63,124 nt of DNA from Candidatus Caccoplasma merdipullorum (lineage in GTDB: Bacteria > Bacteroidota > Bacteroidia > Bacteroidales > G3-4614). Numbering within the stretch: position 1 is the stretch's first letter; every line of letters begins with the position of its first letter. A program made the position numbers and the translations under genes. Positions 36,453 through 45,560 of the stretch are shown in pieces. The stretch lies in contig JADIMW010000076.1 of NCBI GenBank assembly GCA_017694415.1, positions 1 to 63,124 of the forward strand. Reading direction: 5' to 3'. The notes under the pieces are model-generated. The model saw only the letters and a list, made by a program, of their open reading frames with translations, was not told the origin of the DNA and made no database searches.

Positions 36453-39400
36453 ATGTCTGAAAACAAACCTGATATAAAGAAACTTCTGAAAAACGGGGTT
36501 CTGGTTCTGGACGGAGCCATGGGTACCATGATTCAGCAACGGCGTTTGAGTGAAGCCGGGTTCAGAGGTACGAGATTTGCCGACCACAAGTTCGAGCTTA
36601 AAGGGAATAACGATATTCTGGTTCTTACCAACCCTGATATTATATACGATATTCATTCGGCATATCTCGAAGCGGGAGCCGACATTATAGAGACCGACAC
36701 GTTCAATGCCACGTCGGTCAGCATGGCCGATTACGGAGCAGAGGGGTATGTGGAGGAGATAAACAGGAAGGCTGCCGAAATTGCATCGAAGGCTGCTGCT
36801 CGGTTCTCGACGCCTGAAAAGCCACGATATGTGGCCGGGAGCATCGGCCCTACCAACAAAAGTTGCTCTATTTCGCCGGACGTGGAAAACCCCGCTGCGC
36901 GGAGCATCGAGTACGACGGACTTTTCGAGGCTTACCGCCAACAGATTTCGGCTTTGATTGAAGGAGGGGTGGATTTGCTCCTTTTCGAAACGGTTTTCGA
37001 CACTCTTAATGCAAAGTGCGCTCTTGATGCGGCGGAGGAGGCTTTCGCCGCGTGCGGAAAAAGATTGCCGGTAATGTTGTCGCTTACCGTAGCCGACAGG
37101 GGCGGACGGACGTTGTCGGGACAAACAATCGAGGCTTTTCTTGCATCTGTATCCCATGCAAATCTGCTGTCAATAGGGATAAACTGTTCTTTTGGGGCAA
37201 AGGAGATTCTGCCGTTCCTCAGAGAATTGTCGGAGAAGGCAGGGTGCTTTGTATCTGTTCATCCCAACGCCGGACTTCCCAACCGTTTCGGCGAGTATGA
37301 GGAGACTCCGGAATCGATGCTTGCGAATATCCGTCCTTATTTCGACGAGCGTCTGGTAAATATTATCGGTGGGTGCTGCGGTACCACGCCCGAACATATC
37401 GCGCTTATTGCCCGCGCCGCCGCAGACGCCGTACCGCACGTGCCCGCGGATAACGACAGCGGGTTGGTACTGTCGGGACTGGAACCGCTCGCGGTAAACC
37501 GCTCGAACAATTTTATCAATGTGGGCGAAAGGTGTAATGTGGCAGGGTCGAGAAAGTTCCTGCGACTTATCAGTGAAAAGAATTATGATGAAGCGCTGCA
37601 GATTGCCCGCAAGCAGGTTGAGGACGGCGCACAGATTATAGATATAAACATGGACGACGGGATGTTGGATGCCCGTTCTGAAATGGTAAATTTCCTGAAC
37701 CTTATATCGTCGGAACCGGAGATATGCCGCGTACCGATAATGGTGGATTCGTCGAAATGGGATGTCATCGAAGCGGGACTTAAGTGTTTGCAGGGGAAAT
37801 CGATTGTAAACTCTATAAGTTTGAAAGAGGGGGAGGATGTTTTCCTTGAGCATGCCGCCCGAATAAAAAGGTTGGGAGCCGCCATGGTGGTTATGGCTTT
37901 CGACGAGACGGGGCAGGCGGATACTTTCGAGAGGAAGATAGAAGTATGCAAACGGGCCTATATGCTGCTTACCGAAAAAGCGGGCATTGCTCCGGAGGAT
38001 ATTATTTTCGATCCTAATGTACTGGCTGTTGCGACGGGTATTGAAAGCCACAGGAAATATGCGTACGATTTCATCCGTGCCGTTAAGTGGATTAAGGAGA
38101 ACTTGAAGGGGGCGAAGGTAAGCGGAGGCATCAGCAACCTCTCTTTTTCTTTCAGGGGAAACAACTATATCCGCGAAGCGATGCACTCGGTATTCCTTTA
38201 TCATGCAATAAAGGAAGGAATGGACATGGGGATTGTAAACCCTGCTTCATCGCTGACTTACAGCGATATTCCGGAAGATATACTGACGGCTGTGGAGGAT
38301 GTGATTTTCGACAGGCGGGATGATGCCACGGAACGTCTTATCGAGGTCGCCTCGAGAGTTAAAGGGACGAATACCGACGGCAAAGAGGTTACGCAGCTCG
38401 ATGCCACGGCATGCAAAAGCGTGGAGGAACGCCTCGCGCATGCCTTGATAAAGGGTGTCGCTGAGAATCTGCACGATGATATTATGGAGGCTGCAGCCAA
38501 ATACGGCAGTGCCGTGGCTGTAATAGAGAAGCCTCTTATGGACGGCATGGGTGCCGTGGGGAGACTTTTCGGCGAGGGGAAGATGTTCCTGCCGCAGGTG
38601 GTGAAGAGCGCACGCGTAATGAAACAGGCTGTTGAGATTTTGCAGCCGCTTATCGAAAAGGAAAAAGGGGATACGTCTTCCAATGCGGCGGCCGGCAAAA
38701 TTGTACTGGCTACTGTTAAGGGAGATGTGCACGATATAGGGAAGAATATTGTTTCGGTAATCCTCGCCTGCAACAATTACGAGGTTATAGACCTTGGGGT
38801 AATGGTGCCGCCTGACAGGATTATAGAGACGGCCATAGAAAAGAAGGCGGATATTATAGGATTAAGCGGATTAATCACTCCGTCGCTTGAGGAGATGTGC
38901 CGCATAGCTTCGGAGCTGGAACGCAGGGGTTTGAGGCTTCCTCTGCTTATCGGCGGTGCGACTACGTCGGAACTGCATACGGCAGTGAAGATTGCACCGT
39001 TGTACGGAGGTGTGGTAATCTATGCGAAGGATGCGTCGCAAGATCCCATAATTGCCGCAAAACTGCTTAACCCTGCTCTGCGGGACGGGTTTATTGAAGA
39101 AGTGAAAGAGCGTCAAAGGAGGTTGCGAGAGGGGTGCTCGGAACGGGAAATGGTTTCGTTCGACGAGGCTGAGAGTAAACGTTTCGTCATGGACTGGAGC
39201 GGCTACCGCCCGGTAAAGCCCGCATCGGTTGGTGTTCCGCTCTATTTTTCATTTGGTATTGACGAACTGATAGAGTACATAAACTGGATTCCGTTTTTTG
39301 CCTTGTGGAAATTAGGCGGCAAGTTTGCGTCTGCGGCGCATGCGGGGGGATGCGACAGATGCCGCGCTTCGTGGGTGGCTCAGTTCGCGCAGCATGAACG

Positions 39401-40151
39401 GGCGCAGGCCGAGGAGGCTATGCGCCTTTACAGCGATGCGCTCGGGTTGCTTAAAGAGATTTCGGGGGATGCGGAATGCCGCATTAATGTCGGCACGGTG
39501 ATAAACCGCGCATCTTCTGCGGGTAACCGCATAGATATATATACGGATAACGGCAGGGTCGGGATTGCAACTTTGAGACAGCAGGAGAAAAAAAACGAGG
39601 CTGGTGCTGTATATTATTCGCTGGCGGATTTTATCGCGCCGGAATCGTCGGGCATGGAGGACTTCATAGGGGCTTTTGCTGTTACTGCCGGAACGGGGAT
39701 AGCTGCGCGTATTGAAAGGATGAAATGCGACGGGGACGAATATGGTGCGCTTCTGTTGCAGTCGCTGTCCGACCGTTTGGCCGAAGCCGGCGCTGCATTG
39801 CTTCATTACCGCGTAAGGCATGATATATGGGGTTTTGCTCCGAACGAGAGACCTGAACCGGCTGCTATTTTACACGATGATGTCGTTGGCATAAGACCTG
39901 CTGTCGGGTATCCGTCGTTGCCCGACCAGTCGCTGATTTTCGATTTGGCAAAGATTATAGATTTTAAAAGGACAGGTATCGAGATTACGGAAAACGGGGC
40001 GATGTCGCCGTCCTCGTCGGTTGCAGGATTTATCATAGCCAACCCCGAGGCGCGTTATTTTGTTGTAAGGATTGACGAGGAACAGCGCAAGTTGTATCTT
40101 GCCGAACGAGGGCTGTTGCCGGAGGAAGGTAAAAAATGGGTATCGGCTTAA
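36453..40151 (+). CDS. metH: Cobalamin-dependent methionine synthase
   Basis: 1232 aa with a homocysteine-binding N-terminal domain (GGCCGTTPEHI), a pterin-binding domain, the B12-binding motif GDVHDIGKNIV, and a C-terminal AdoMet activation domain. Confidence 0.95.
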   Translation: MSENKPDIKKLLKNGVLVLDGAMGTMIQQRRLSEAGFRGTRFADHKFELKGNNDILVLTNPDIIYDIHSAYLEAGADIIETDTFNATSVSMADYGAEGYVEEINRKAAEIASKAAARFSTPEKPRYVAGSIGPTNKSCSISPDVENPAARSIEYDGLFEAYRQQISALIEGGVDLLLFETVFDTLNAKCALDAAEEAFAACGKRLPVMLSLTVADRGGRTLSGQTIEAFLASVSHANLLSIGINCSFGAKEILPFLRELSEKAGCFVSVHPNAGLPNRFGEYEETPESMLANIRPYFDERLVNIIGGCCGTTPEHIALIARAAADAVPHVPADNDSGLVLSGLEPLAVNRSNNFINVGERCNVAGSRKFLRLISEKNYDEALQIARKQVEDGAQIIDINMDDGMLDARSEMVNFLNLISSEPEICRVPIMVDSSKWDVIEAGLKCLQGKSIVNSISLKEGEDVFLEHAARIKRLGAAMVVMAFDETGQADTFERKIEVCKRAYMLLTEKAGIAPEDIIFDPNVLAVATGIESHRKYAYDFIRAVKWIKENLKGAKVSGGISNLSFSFRGNNYIREAMHSVFLYHAIKEGMDMGIVNPASSLTYSDIPEDILTAVEDVIFDRRDDATERLIEVASRVKGTNTDGKEVTQLDATACKSVEERLAHALIKGVAENLHDDIMEAAAKYGSAVAVIEKPLMDGMGAVGRLFGEGKMFLPQVVKSARVMKQAVEILQPLIEKEKGDTSSNAAAGKIVLATVKGDVHDIGKNIVSVILACNNYEVIDLGVMVPPDRIIETAIEKKADIIGLSGLITPSLEEMCRIASELERRGLRLPLLIGGATTSELHTAVKIAPLYGGVVIYAKDASQDPIIAAKLLNPALRDGFIEEVKERQRRLREGCSEREMVSFDEAESKRFVMDWSGYRPVKPASVGVPLYFSFGIDELIEYINWIPFFALWKLGGKFASAAHAGGCDRCRASWVAQFAQHERAQAEEAMRLYSDALGLLKEISGDAECRINVGTVINRASSAGNRIDIYTDNGRVGIATLRQQEKKNEAGAVYYSLADFIAPESSGMEDFIGAFAVTAGTGIAARIERMKCDGDEYGALLLQSLSDRLAEAGAALLHYRVRHDIWGFAPNERPEPAAILHDDVVGIRPAVGYPSLPDQSLIFDLAKIIDFKRTGIEITENGAMSPSSSVAGFIIANPEARYFVVRIDEEQRKLYLAERGLLPEEGKKWVSA

Positions 40152-40236
40152 CAAAAAGTAAACTTCCCGTTTTCGCCTTTTTGCATTATTGTATTATTTT
40201 TGCAAGCTACAAATTTTAAATAATTGTATTAAGTAT

Positions 40237-41133
40237 ATGGATAAGAAAAGAGTTGCCGTAGTCGGTTACGGAAATATAGGAAGGTATGTGGTTGAAGCTC
40301 TCGAGGCTGCGCCCGATTTTGAGATTGCCGGCATTGTACGCCGTAATGCAAGTGTCGTTCCTGCCGAAATAAGCAAATATGCCGTAGTCGGGGACATAAA
40401 GGAATTGAAAGATGTGGACGTGGCTATTCTCGCCACTCCGACACGTAAGGTGGAAGAGTATGCCGAAAAGATTCTGGCCATGGGGATAAATACCGTGGAC
40501 AGTTTCGATATTCATACCGAGATTGCAGGATTGCGCAAACGTTTGGGCGCTATTGCCGAAAAGAACGGTACGGTTTCGATTATATCGGCCGGTTGGGATC
40601 CGGGTAGCGACTCTGTTGTGCGTACTCTTTTGGAGGCTGCCGCTCCCAAAGGTATTACATATACCAACTTCGGCCCGGGTATGAGCATGGGGCATACTGT
40701 TGCCGTAAAGAGCATCGAAGGGGTTAAGGCTGCTCTTTCAATGACTATTCCTCTGGGTACGGGTATTCACCGCCGCATGGTATATATCGAAGTTGCCGAA
40801 GGGTACGATTTCAATACCGTTGCCAAGAATATCAAGAGCGACCCGTATTTCGTAAATGACGAAACGCATGTAATGCAGGTGGAAAGTGTGGAGAACCTCC
40901 TCGATATGGGTCATGGTGTACAGATGATACGCAAAGGGGTTTCGGGCAAGACTCAAAACCAGCTTTTCGAGTTCAATATGAAAATAAACAATCCCGCTCT
41001 TACGGCACAGATTCTTGTAGGTACTGCAAGAGCGTCGTTCAAGCAGAAACCGGGTTGTTATACTATGCCGGAGGTTCCGGTAATAGACTTGCTGCCGGGA
41101 GACAGGGACGAATGGATTTCTCACCTTGTATAA
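40237..41133 (+). CDS. ddh: meso-Diaminopimelate D-dehydrogenase
   Basis: Start at MDKKRVAVVGYGNIGRYVVEAL (Rossmann motif). The roughly 298-aa length and overall pattern are typical of Bacteroidales Ddh. Confidence 0.8.
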   Translation: MDKKRVAVVGYGNIGRYVVEALEAAPDFEIAGIVRRNASVVPAEISKYAVVGDIKELKDVDVAILATPTRKVEEYAEKILAMGINTVDSFDIHTEIAGLRKRLGAIAEKNGTVSIISAGWDPGSDSVVRTLLEAAAPKGITYTNFGPGMSMGHTVAVKSIEGVKAALSMTIPLGTGIHRRMVYIEVAEGYDFNTVAKNIKSDPYFVNDETHVMQVESVENLLDMGHGVQMIRKGVSGKTQNQLFEFNMKINNPALTAQILVGTARASFKQKPGCYTMPEVPVIDLLPGDRDEWISHLV

Positions 41134-42034
41134 GATGCTGAATACCGTTATATGGACAGTGAATCCGACAGCCTTTTCCATCGGACCGGTAGAGGTGCGA
41201 TGGTACGGGCTGTTGTTCGCTTTGGGCTTTCTGATAGGTTATTATATTGAGGCCAAAATATTCAAACACGACAAAGCTCCCGACGACTGGTGCGACAAAT
41301 TGTTCGTTTATACGATAATTGCCACGATAATAGGCGCACGACTGGGGCATTGCCTGTTTTACGAATGGGATTATTTCTCGGCTCACCCGCTCGAGATACT
41401 GAAAGTGTGGGAAGGGGGATTGGCCAGCCACGGCGGTGCAATTGGCATAATAATAGCTATTTATATTTATACGAAGAGGGTTACGCACCGCGGCATGTTA
41501 TGGGTGCTCGACCGTCTTGTTATTCCCACCGCTCTCGTGGCGGCGATGATAAGGACGGGCAATTTGATGAATCACGAAATTTACGGCGTCAGTACCAACT
41601 TGCCGTGGGGGTTCATCTTCATTGAAAACATTCATGCATGGCAGGCTGGATTTCCGGCCAAGTTTTCGATGATTTCGCACCCTACCCAAATATATGAGGC
41701 ATCGGCTTATCTGATACTGTTTTTCGTACTGATGTACATGTATTGGAAAAAAGATGCCGGAGACAGGAGGGGACTGCTGTTCGGGACGTTTATGCTGTGG
41801 GTTTTCGGTGCGCGTTTCTTGATTGAATTCCTGAAACTTCCGCAGGAACCGTTCGAAATATATATGAAGGAGATTATCGGATTGAATATGGGACAGGTGC
41901 TTAGCATCCCGTTCATAATATTGGGTATCTACTTTGTATATAAAGGTAAAAGCGGGCATAAGAAGAGCGGGGTGATTAAATCGCGCAATTCGCATATCCG
42001 CCACCACTACAATCATAAGAAAGGGGATATATAA
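41126..42034 (+). CDS. lgt: Prolipoprotein diacylglyceryl transferase
   Basis: Polytopic membrane protein with the Lgt motifs VRWYGLLFALGFLIGY and GGLASHGGAIG. An alternative start lies at 41135. Confidence 0.88.
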   Translation: MYKMLNTVIWTVNPTAFSIGPVEVRWYGLLFALGFLIGYYIEAKIFKHDKAPDDWCDKLFVYTIIATIIGARLGHCLFYEWDYFSAHPLEILKVWEGGLASHGGAIGIIIAIYIYTKRVTHRGMLWVLDRLVIPTALVAAMIRTGNLMNHEIYGVSTNLPWGFIFIENIHAWQAGFPAKFSMISHPTQIYEASAYLILFFVLMYMYWKKDAGDRRGLLFGTFMLWVFGARFLIEFLKLPQEPFEIYMKEIIGLNMGQVLSIPFIILGIYFVYKGKSGHKKSGVIKSRNSHIRHHYNHKKGDI

Positions 42035-42069
42035 ACTTTTTTTGATAAAGCTCTTTCCCGCTTAAATAC

Positions 42070-42114
42070 AATACGGCTTGCTGATATTACCCGGCAAGCC
42101 GTATTATTGTTTCT
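42070..42114 (+). terminator. Rho-independent terminator after lgt
   Basis: 12-bp perfect stem aatacggcttgc / gcaagccgtatt (42070-42081 and 42094-42105), followed by a T-rich tail. Confidence 0.65.
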
Positions 42115-42218
42115 AACTTTATTTGACTGCGTCTATTATTGGAGGCGGCTCGACAATGTCCGTTTGAACAAGTTCCGCATCCTCGGCTCTCACCTTTAGC
42201 TATATTGGAGCAATATGG

Positions 42219-42950
42219 TTATTTCTTGCGGCCGACAGGCAGCCTCTCCCATATGTATTCGGGTATCGACTTCCATATGAGGACGAGAATCTTGTATCGC
42301 CAGTCGATTGTTATCCTGCGCTTGCGCGATGTTACGGCTTTATATATTCTGGTGGCTACATGCTCGGCTTTCATCAGCATCGGATAGGCTCCTTGCTTTA
42401 ACAGGGGGGTATCGACAAAGCCCGGACGTATATCGGTAAATTTTATCGGAAGTTTTCTTATGGCCGATAATTGCGCAAGCGAATCGATATAGATATTTTG
42501 ATAACGTTTTGTAGCTGAATACGCCGGGGCTGCTCCCAACCCTTTTGTTCCCGCTATGGAGCTTACTGCTGCTATATGCCCTCCTCCTGCGGAAACGAAA
42601 TAATTGTATGCGGCTGTTATCATGCGGGTAAAACCTACGCTATTGGTTTTTGCCGTATTTATTTCTATTTCGGGTGCCAGTGCTTGATTCTGGGCCCCTA
42701 TTCCCGATACATGTAAATATACGTCCATCCCGCCCGTCGCTTCGATAAGGGTATGCAGCCGTTCTGCGGCATCATCTTCGGTTATATCTATTTCTGCGCT
42801 GTAACACCTTTCGGGATATTTCTCGGTAAAGTATTGCAATTTGTCGCTACGCCGCCCGGCTACGCCTACGGTATATCCTTCGGACAAGAAGCGTTCGGCC
42901 GTGCAAAACCCAATCCCCGATGTCGCCCCCATTATTATTATCCTTTTCAT
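42219..42950 (-). CDS. SDR family oxidoreductase
   Basis: The cofactor motif is IMGATSGIG and the catalytic YSATK is present. 243 aa. Confidence 0.85.
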   Translation of the reverse strand: MKRIIIMGATSGIGFCTAERFLSEGYTVGVAGRRSDKLQYFTEKYPERCYSAEIDITEDDAAERLHTLIEATGGMDVYLHVSGIGAQNQALAPEIEINTAKTNSVGFTRMITAAYNYFVSAGGGHIAAVSSIAGTKGLGAAPAYSATKRYQNIYIDSLAQLSAIRKLPIKFTDIRPGFVDTPLLKQGAYPMLMKAEHVATRIYKAVTSRKRRITIDWRYKILVLIWKSIPEYIWERLPVGRKK

Positions 42951-43273
42951 GATTTTCGGTTTATATGTGTATTTTTATCGTCGCTGTACTTGTTGCTTCT
43001 GCGTTTATGCCATCCTGCGCACTCTTTTCGAGAAACAAATATACTAATTGCGGACTATTGTTTTTATAATTTTTTACCCTCTATGTTCTTTATGTTATGA
43101 TAATTCGCAATATTCATACAGTAAATTTATTGACGCATGATGTAATTATTGTCGCAAAATATCTGTTTTATAATTTACACCCCTTTTCTTTACAATAAAA
43201 AATACAGCGTTTGTTTTTTATATTATACCAATCTGAAACAGCGACTTTTCCAGCAATAACGCCTCGGAACCGG

Positions 43274-43354
43274 GTGTTCATTTAAACAATTTACTTTACG
43301 AATATATTTTTTTACTAAATGAACACTATCGTATCGCTTATATCCCTATATTTG
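43274..43354 (+). promoter_or_regulatory. Candidate promoter/operator of the TM-AraC gene
   Basis: Perfect 11-bp inverted repeat gtgttcattta (43274-43284) / taaatgaacac (43316-43326). A TAnnTTTG match, tatatttg, follows at 43347-43354, 126 nt upstream of the ATG at 43480. Confidence 0.35.
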
Positions 43355-43479
43355 TTATCGAAGAGGAATTTTTGATAACTATAAAACTTATACGCCGATT
43401 TTAACACAATATCGTATTATGAACATAGAGTGTAGAGTGAAATCGGGGTTGTTTTGTTTTTGTTTCGTATATAAGTATC

Positions 43480-44565
43480 ATGGTTGATAACGGTCATTAT
43501 TATTATTATTTCATCGTTGGAATGGCTGTCGCTTTTTTCGGGATAATGGGCGTTATGAACTTATGGCAGCCGGAAAACCGACTGCGGAAAATTCTCGGCG
43601 GGATACTTGTTTTCTGGATGGTTCAGCATATAGTATCGGTCTGTTTTATTTCGGACTTCTATTCCAACAACAGATATTTCAGCAGAATAATCAATGCTTT
43701 CGATATGACAGCCACTCCTACCTGTTGTTTCTTGCTGGTGGAGTTATGCAAACCCGGCTGGCTGACTTGGCGTAAGGTTGTGTATAACGAACTCCCGTTC
43801 GTTATTCTCGGCTTGGCATTTATAATGCTGGATAATGTTCTTTGGTATTATGCTCTTGTGGGATTTTTTGTTGCATACAGTATTACCGTTACTTTTTTTA
43901 TCGTACATTTTATAACCGAATACAACAAATTCCTAAAAGCTCACTTCTCGTACGACGAAAATATTAACTTGAGGTGGCTATATGCCGTACTGGCTACATT
44001 CATAGTCCTGATGCTGGTTTATGCCGCGTGCAGTTTATACGATACTGCTGTCGGCGACAGCGTTTATATTGCAGGTTCTATTATCGGGTGGGCAATGATT
44101 TGTTATTTTATCCAACGGCAGGAATCGGTTTTACTTGAACTCGACCCTGTTAAGGAGGAAGGGAATGATGACAAGGAGGTATGGCCGGATTGCGAAGTTC
44201 CCCGCAACCTCGCAAAATTGATACAGGAACGTTTTATCGAACCGCAACTGTTTTTAAACCCTCAATTAAAACTCGGAGACATGGTGCAGGCCATAGGGAC
44301 AAACCGTACTTACATGAGCCGGTATCTGAACGACATATTGAAAACGAACTTTTACGATTATATTAATGGCCTGAGACTGAAATACGCACAAAAACTTATC
44401 GAACAGTCGCAATACAGCATTAAGGCCATCGCCGCAATCGCGGGCTTTAACAGCTATTCTACTTTCAGACGCTCTTTTATCGCCACTTACAAGCAATCTC
44501 CTCAAGAATACAGAAACAACATACAACAGATAAATTATGAACGAACAGCAAAGAAACCAATATAA
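43480..44565 (+). CDS. AraC-family transcriptional regulator with an N-terminal polytopic membrane domain
   Basis: The N-terminal ~200 aa are hydrophobic with about 6 TM segments. The C-terminal HTH_18/AraC domain has LGDMVQAIGTNRTYMSRYLN... and IAAIAGFNSYSTFRRSFIATYKQSPQEYR. Confidence 0.8.
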   Translation: MVDNGHYYYYFIVGMAVAFFGIMGVMNLWQPENRLRKILGGILVFWMVQHIVSVCFISDFYSNNRYFSRIINAFDMTATPTCCFLLVELCKPGWLTWRKVVYNELPFVILGLAFIMLDNVLWYYALVGFFVAYSITVTFFIVHFITEYNKFLKAHFSYDENINLRWLYAVLATFIVLMLVYAACSLYDTAVGDSVYIAGSIIGWAMICYFIQRQESVLLELDPVKEEGNDDKEVWPDCEVPRNLAKLIQERFIEPQLFLNPQLKLGDMVQAIGTNRTYMSRYLNDILKTNFYDYINGLRLKYAQKLIEQSQYSIKAIAAIAGFNSYSTFRRSFIATYKQSPQEYRNNIQQINYERTAKKPI

Positions 44566-45544
44566 AGAGAAAGAAGAGGCTTTGAGTAAAACACAAAGCT
44601 GCTCGCATGAACACCGCAAACTGATATGCGGCAACTGCGGCGCGACTTACGACGACGGCGACCTGTTCTGCCCTGAGTGCGGGAACAGGCTCGGCGGCAG
44701 GAAATGTCCGAATTGTCATGCCGAAATAACCGCAACTTGCGAAATTTGCCCTAAATGCGGAAAACCTACCGACTTGGGACATTGCTCGTTCTGCGGAGCG
44801 GAGTTCGAAGGGGATGAACCGTTTTGCGGAGAGTGCGGCTCGCCGCGGGCGGGAATTGTATGTCCCGATTGCGGCACAAAATCGTTCCGCTCGTTCTGTC
44901 CCAACTGCAACAGGCCACTGAACGACAATGCCATGATGGCAATGGAACAGGCGAAAAACGACCCTAAATATCAACGGGTTCTCAGCATTAACAAGGAAAT
45001 GGCCGAAATGGAGGAATACCTTATCAGTTTTAAAAATGAAATTGAAAAGGCTATTGCCGAAGCGGAGGCCGAGATGGATGCTCCCGATGTTCCGGGTCTT
45101 AGTGCCGAGGGAGAGGCTTTACAGGCCAAATATGCCGAATTGATGAAATTGCTGGGTAACCAGCCTAATAATATGCCGCAGCCGAATACCAAGGCTGCAC
45201 GGCCTAAAGAATCGGTAAAGCGCAAGCGCGATTTGAAACTGAAGTTTGCCGATGCCGATAAAATAATGGAGGCATATAAGGCTAAGGCCGCAGAAATGCA
45301 GTCGGCATTGAAAGAGATGCTTCCCGACGCCGACATGACTCCTGCTCAACAGCGCGATTATGCTTGCGCCAGAAAAGTTCCTGTAATAATCAGGGAAAAA
45401 GAGGAGAAGAAGACATGGTGGGTTTGCAACTACTGCGGATGTTATCATCGCCAACCTTCGGAATGTGCCGAACCGTGGCAGGGCGGGACATGGCTTACCG
45501 AAGAAATCGTGGTAGAGAAAAAGATATGGCAATATATGGACTAA
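44537..45544 (+). CDS. Multi-zinc-ribbon coiled-coil protein (four tandem CxxC...CxxC ribbons, a coiled coil, and a C-terminal Cys/Trp-rich motif)
   Basis: Ribbons: CGNCG..CPECG, CPNCH..CPKCG, CSFCG..CGECG and CPDCG..CPNCN (aa 31-125). A K/E/A-rich helical middle follows. The tail is WWVCNYCGCYHRQPSECAEPWQGGTW. The ATG overlaps the AraC gene end by 29 nt. Confidence 0.75.
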   Translation: MNEQQRNQYKEKEEALSKTQSCSHEHRKLICGNCGATYDDGDLFCPECGNRLGGRKCPNCHAEITATCEICPKCGKPTDLGHCSFCGAEFEGDEPFCGECGSPRAGIVCPDCGTKSFRSFCPNCNRPLNDNAMMAMEQAKNDPKYQRVLSINKEMAEMEEYLISFKNEIEKAIAEAEAEMDAPDVPGLSAEGEALQAKYAELMKLLGNQPNNMPQPNTKAARPKESVKRKRDLKLKFADADKIMEAYKAKAAEMQSALKEMLPDADMTPAQQRDYACARKVPVIIREKEEKKTWWVCNYCGCYHRQPSECAEPWQGGTWLTEEIVVEKKIWQYMD

Positions 45545-45560
45545 TCTAAATTTTACTATA

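Noticed and set aside
37170-38204. 344-aa minus-strand ORF
   Set aside because: It is antisense to metH and has no motifs.
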